Assembly (NCBI GenBank): GCA_047174765.1
Contig: JBCQTT010000005.1
Coordinates: forward strand, 7,228 to 71,227
Direction of reading: 5' to 3'
Length of the DNA stretch: 64,000 nt
Source: Rikenellaceae bacterium
GTDB lineage: Bacteria > Bacteroidota > Bacteroidia > Bacteroidales > Rikenellaceae
The notes under the pieces were generated by a model that searched no databases, was not told where the DNA came from, and saw nothing but the letters and a program-made list of their open reading frames with translations. Below are positions 62,556 through 64,000 of this stretch, one piece after another. Numbering within the stretch: the stretch's first letter is position 1; each line of letters opens with the position of its first letter. Both the position numbers and the translations under genes were made by a program.

Positions 62556-63383
62556 TTACTCCTTCTCCATACCCTTTGTGAATGTATTCATCGCCTTTGC
62601 GGTCATACCCATTGAGGAGTATCCACCGTCGTGGTATAGGTTCTGCATTGTAACTTTGCGCGTGAAGTCCGAGAAGAGGGTTATGACATATGCGGCACAA
62701 TCCTCTGCCGAAGCGTTCCCAAGAGGCGATAGCTCGTCACCAAGCTCCAATAGTGCACCCATTCCCGACACTCCGTTTCCTGCGGTTGTTGGGGTTGGGG
62801 ATTGTGAAACGGTGTTGACACGAACATTTTTCTTTGTTCCGTAGATGTAACCGAAGCTGCGAGCAAACGACTCTAGGAGAGCCTTCGCATCCGCCATATC
62901 GTTGTATCCACAGAGGGTACGTTGTGCGGCGATGTAGCTCAAAGCGACGATTGAACCCCACTCGTTGATTGCATCCTTCTTGATCGCTACCTGCATCGCT
63001 TTATGGAACGATACGGCAGAGATGTCGAGAGTCTTTGAGAGGAAGTCGTAATTCAAATCGTCATAGTCGAAACCCTTGCGGACGTTTGGAGACATTCCAA
63101 TCGAGTGGAGCATAAAGTCGAACTTACCGCCGAAGTGCTCCATTGTCTTGTCGATCAAAGTTTCGAGATCCTCCACCGACGACGCATCAGCAGGTATAAC
63201 GATAGTGTTACACTCCTCGGCGAGTTGTTTGATACTACCCATTCTGATTGACATTGCAGTGTTCGTAAGGACAATTTCAGCCCCCTCAGCGACAGCTAGC
63301 TGAGCGACTTTCCACGCGATTGAATTTTCGTTGAGAGCTCCGAAGATGAGACCCTTTTTTCCTTTAAGTAGATTATGTGCCAT
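62556..63383 (-). CDS. fabI: enoyl-ACP reductase
   Basis: GKKGLIFGALNENSIAW, HSIGMS, YNDM..AK, HDGG. Confidence 0.93.
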   Translation of the reverse strand: MAHNLLKGKKGLIFGALNENSIAWKVAQLAVAEGAEIVLTNTAMSIRMGSIKQLAEECNTIVIPADASSVEDLETLIDKTMEHFGGKFDFMLHSIGMSPNVRKGFDYDDLNYDFLSKTLDISAVSFHKAMQVAIKKDAINEWGSIVALSYIAAQRTLCGYNDMADAKALLESFARSFGYIYGTKKNVRVNTVSQSPTPTTAGNGVSGMGALLELGDELSPLGNASAEDCAAYVITLFSDFTRKVTMQNLYHDGGYSSMGMTAKAMNTFTKGMEKE

Positions 63384-63555
63384 AACCGATCTATTTTTTT
63401 ATATTATTTGCGACCCTCGGAGTGTAACTAATTTTGTTAGCCACACTCATTTTTATTTAGCAAGGTTGTTGAGTGTTTTATTTTGGGCAAAAGTAGCAAA
63501 AAATTTCTATTTTTTGGTTACCTTTGTGGAATAATGTACTAAAAAATAGGTGGAA

Positions 63556-64000
63556 TTGAGCTTTTCTGTAACCATATTGGGTTCATCTTCGGCAAAGCCG
63601 ACGGTGGGACGTCACCCCTCTTCGCAGGTTGTTAACCTTTGTGAGCAGTATTATCTTGTCGATGCTGGGGAGGGGTGTCAGCGTCAGATGTTTCGGTATG
63701 GGATCAATCCGCTGAAGATTCGGGCTGTGTTTATCTCACACCTGCACGGGGATCACATCTATGGACTCTTTCCGCTCCTGTCGACGTTGGGGTTGTATGG
63801 TCGCAAGACGTCGTTGACGATCTATGCGCCCTCTCCGTTTGGGGCGATTTTGGAGTCACACCTAAAGTTTTTTGACAATCAGCTATCCTATCCTGTTGAG
63901 TGGGTGGAGGTCGACACGAGGCGAAATAAGATGATCTTTGAGAATCGTACACTGGAGGTGTGGAGTGTTCCGCTGAAACATCGTGTTCCGACGTCGGGGT
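63556..64000 (+). CDS. rnz: ribonuclease Z, N-terminal part (runs off window)
   Basis: Manual translation from TTG: SFSVTILGSSSAKP...YLVDAGEG.QRQM...FISHLHGDH...L.HRVP; TACCTTTG promoter at ~63519. Confidence 0.9.
   Translation, partial: MSFSVTILGSSSAKPTVGRHPSSQVVNLCEQYYLVDAGEGCQRQMFRYGINPLKIRAVFISHLHGDHIYGLFPLLSTLGLYGRKTSLTIYAPSPFGAILESHLKFFDNQLSYPVEWVEVDTRRNKMIFENRTLEVWSVPLKHRVPTSG

Overview
Core-genome segment of a Bacteroidota bacterium, probably Rikenellaceae/Alistipes-like (inferred from protein sequences and TAnnTTTG -7 promoters). Housekeeping content: ispH-cmk, recG, a split cell-division cluster (murG-murC-ftsQ-ftsA-ftsZ) fused to priA-comF-dnaB-comM, the tRNA-tuf-secE-nusG-rplKAJL-rpoB-rpoC region, serS, exbBD-tonB, tamB, tsaD, fabI and rnz, plus five tRNAs. 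Accessory items: a lone AbiH-family defence gene with an apparent C-terminal frameshift, an SGNH hydrolase inserted between rpoB and rpoC, and an NlaIII/IceA1-like restriction-modification pair. The strongest unexplained signals are non-coding. (1) A ~250-bp dispersed element of nested palindromes (4 near-full copies plus 1 fragment) whose hairpin loops flip between copies. (2) A second small MITE with GAATCTGTTTAA ends and TNA target duplications; one copy sits exactly in a former TAATG stop/start overlap. (3) Apparent absence of CATG (the predicted site of the encoded R-M system) and of CCWGG in the many kilobases I scanned by eye. All assignments are from reading the sequence and recalled family motifs; no searches were run.
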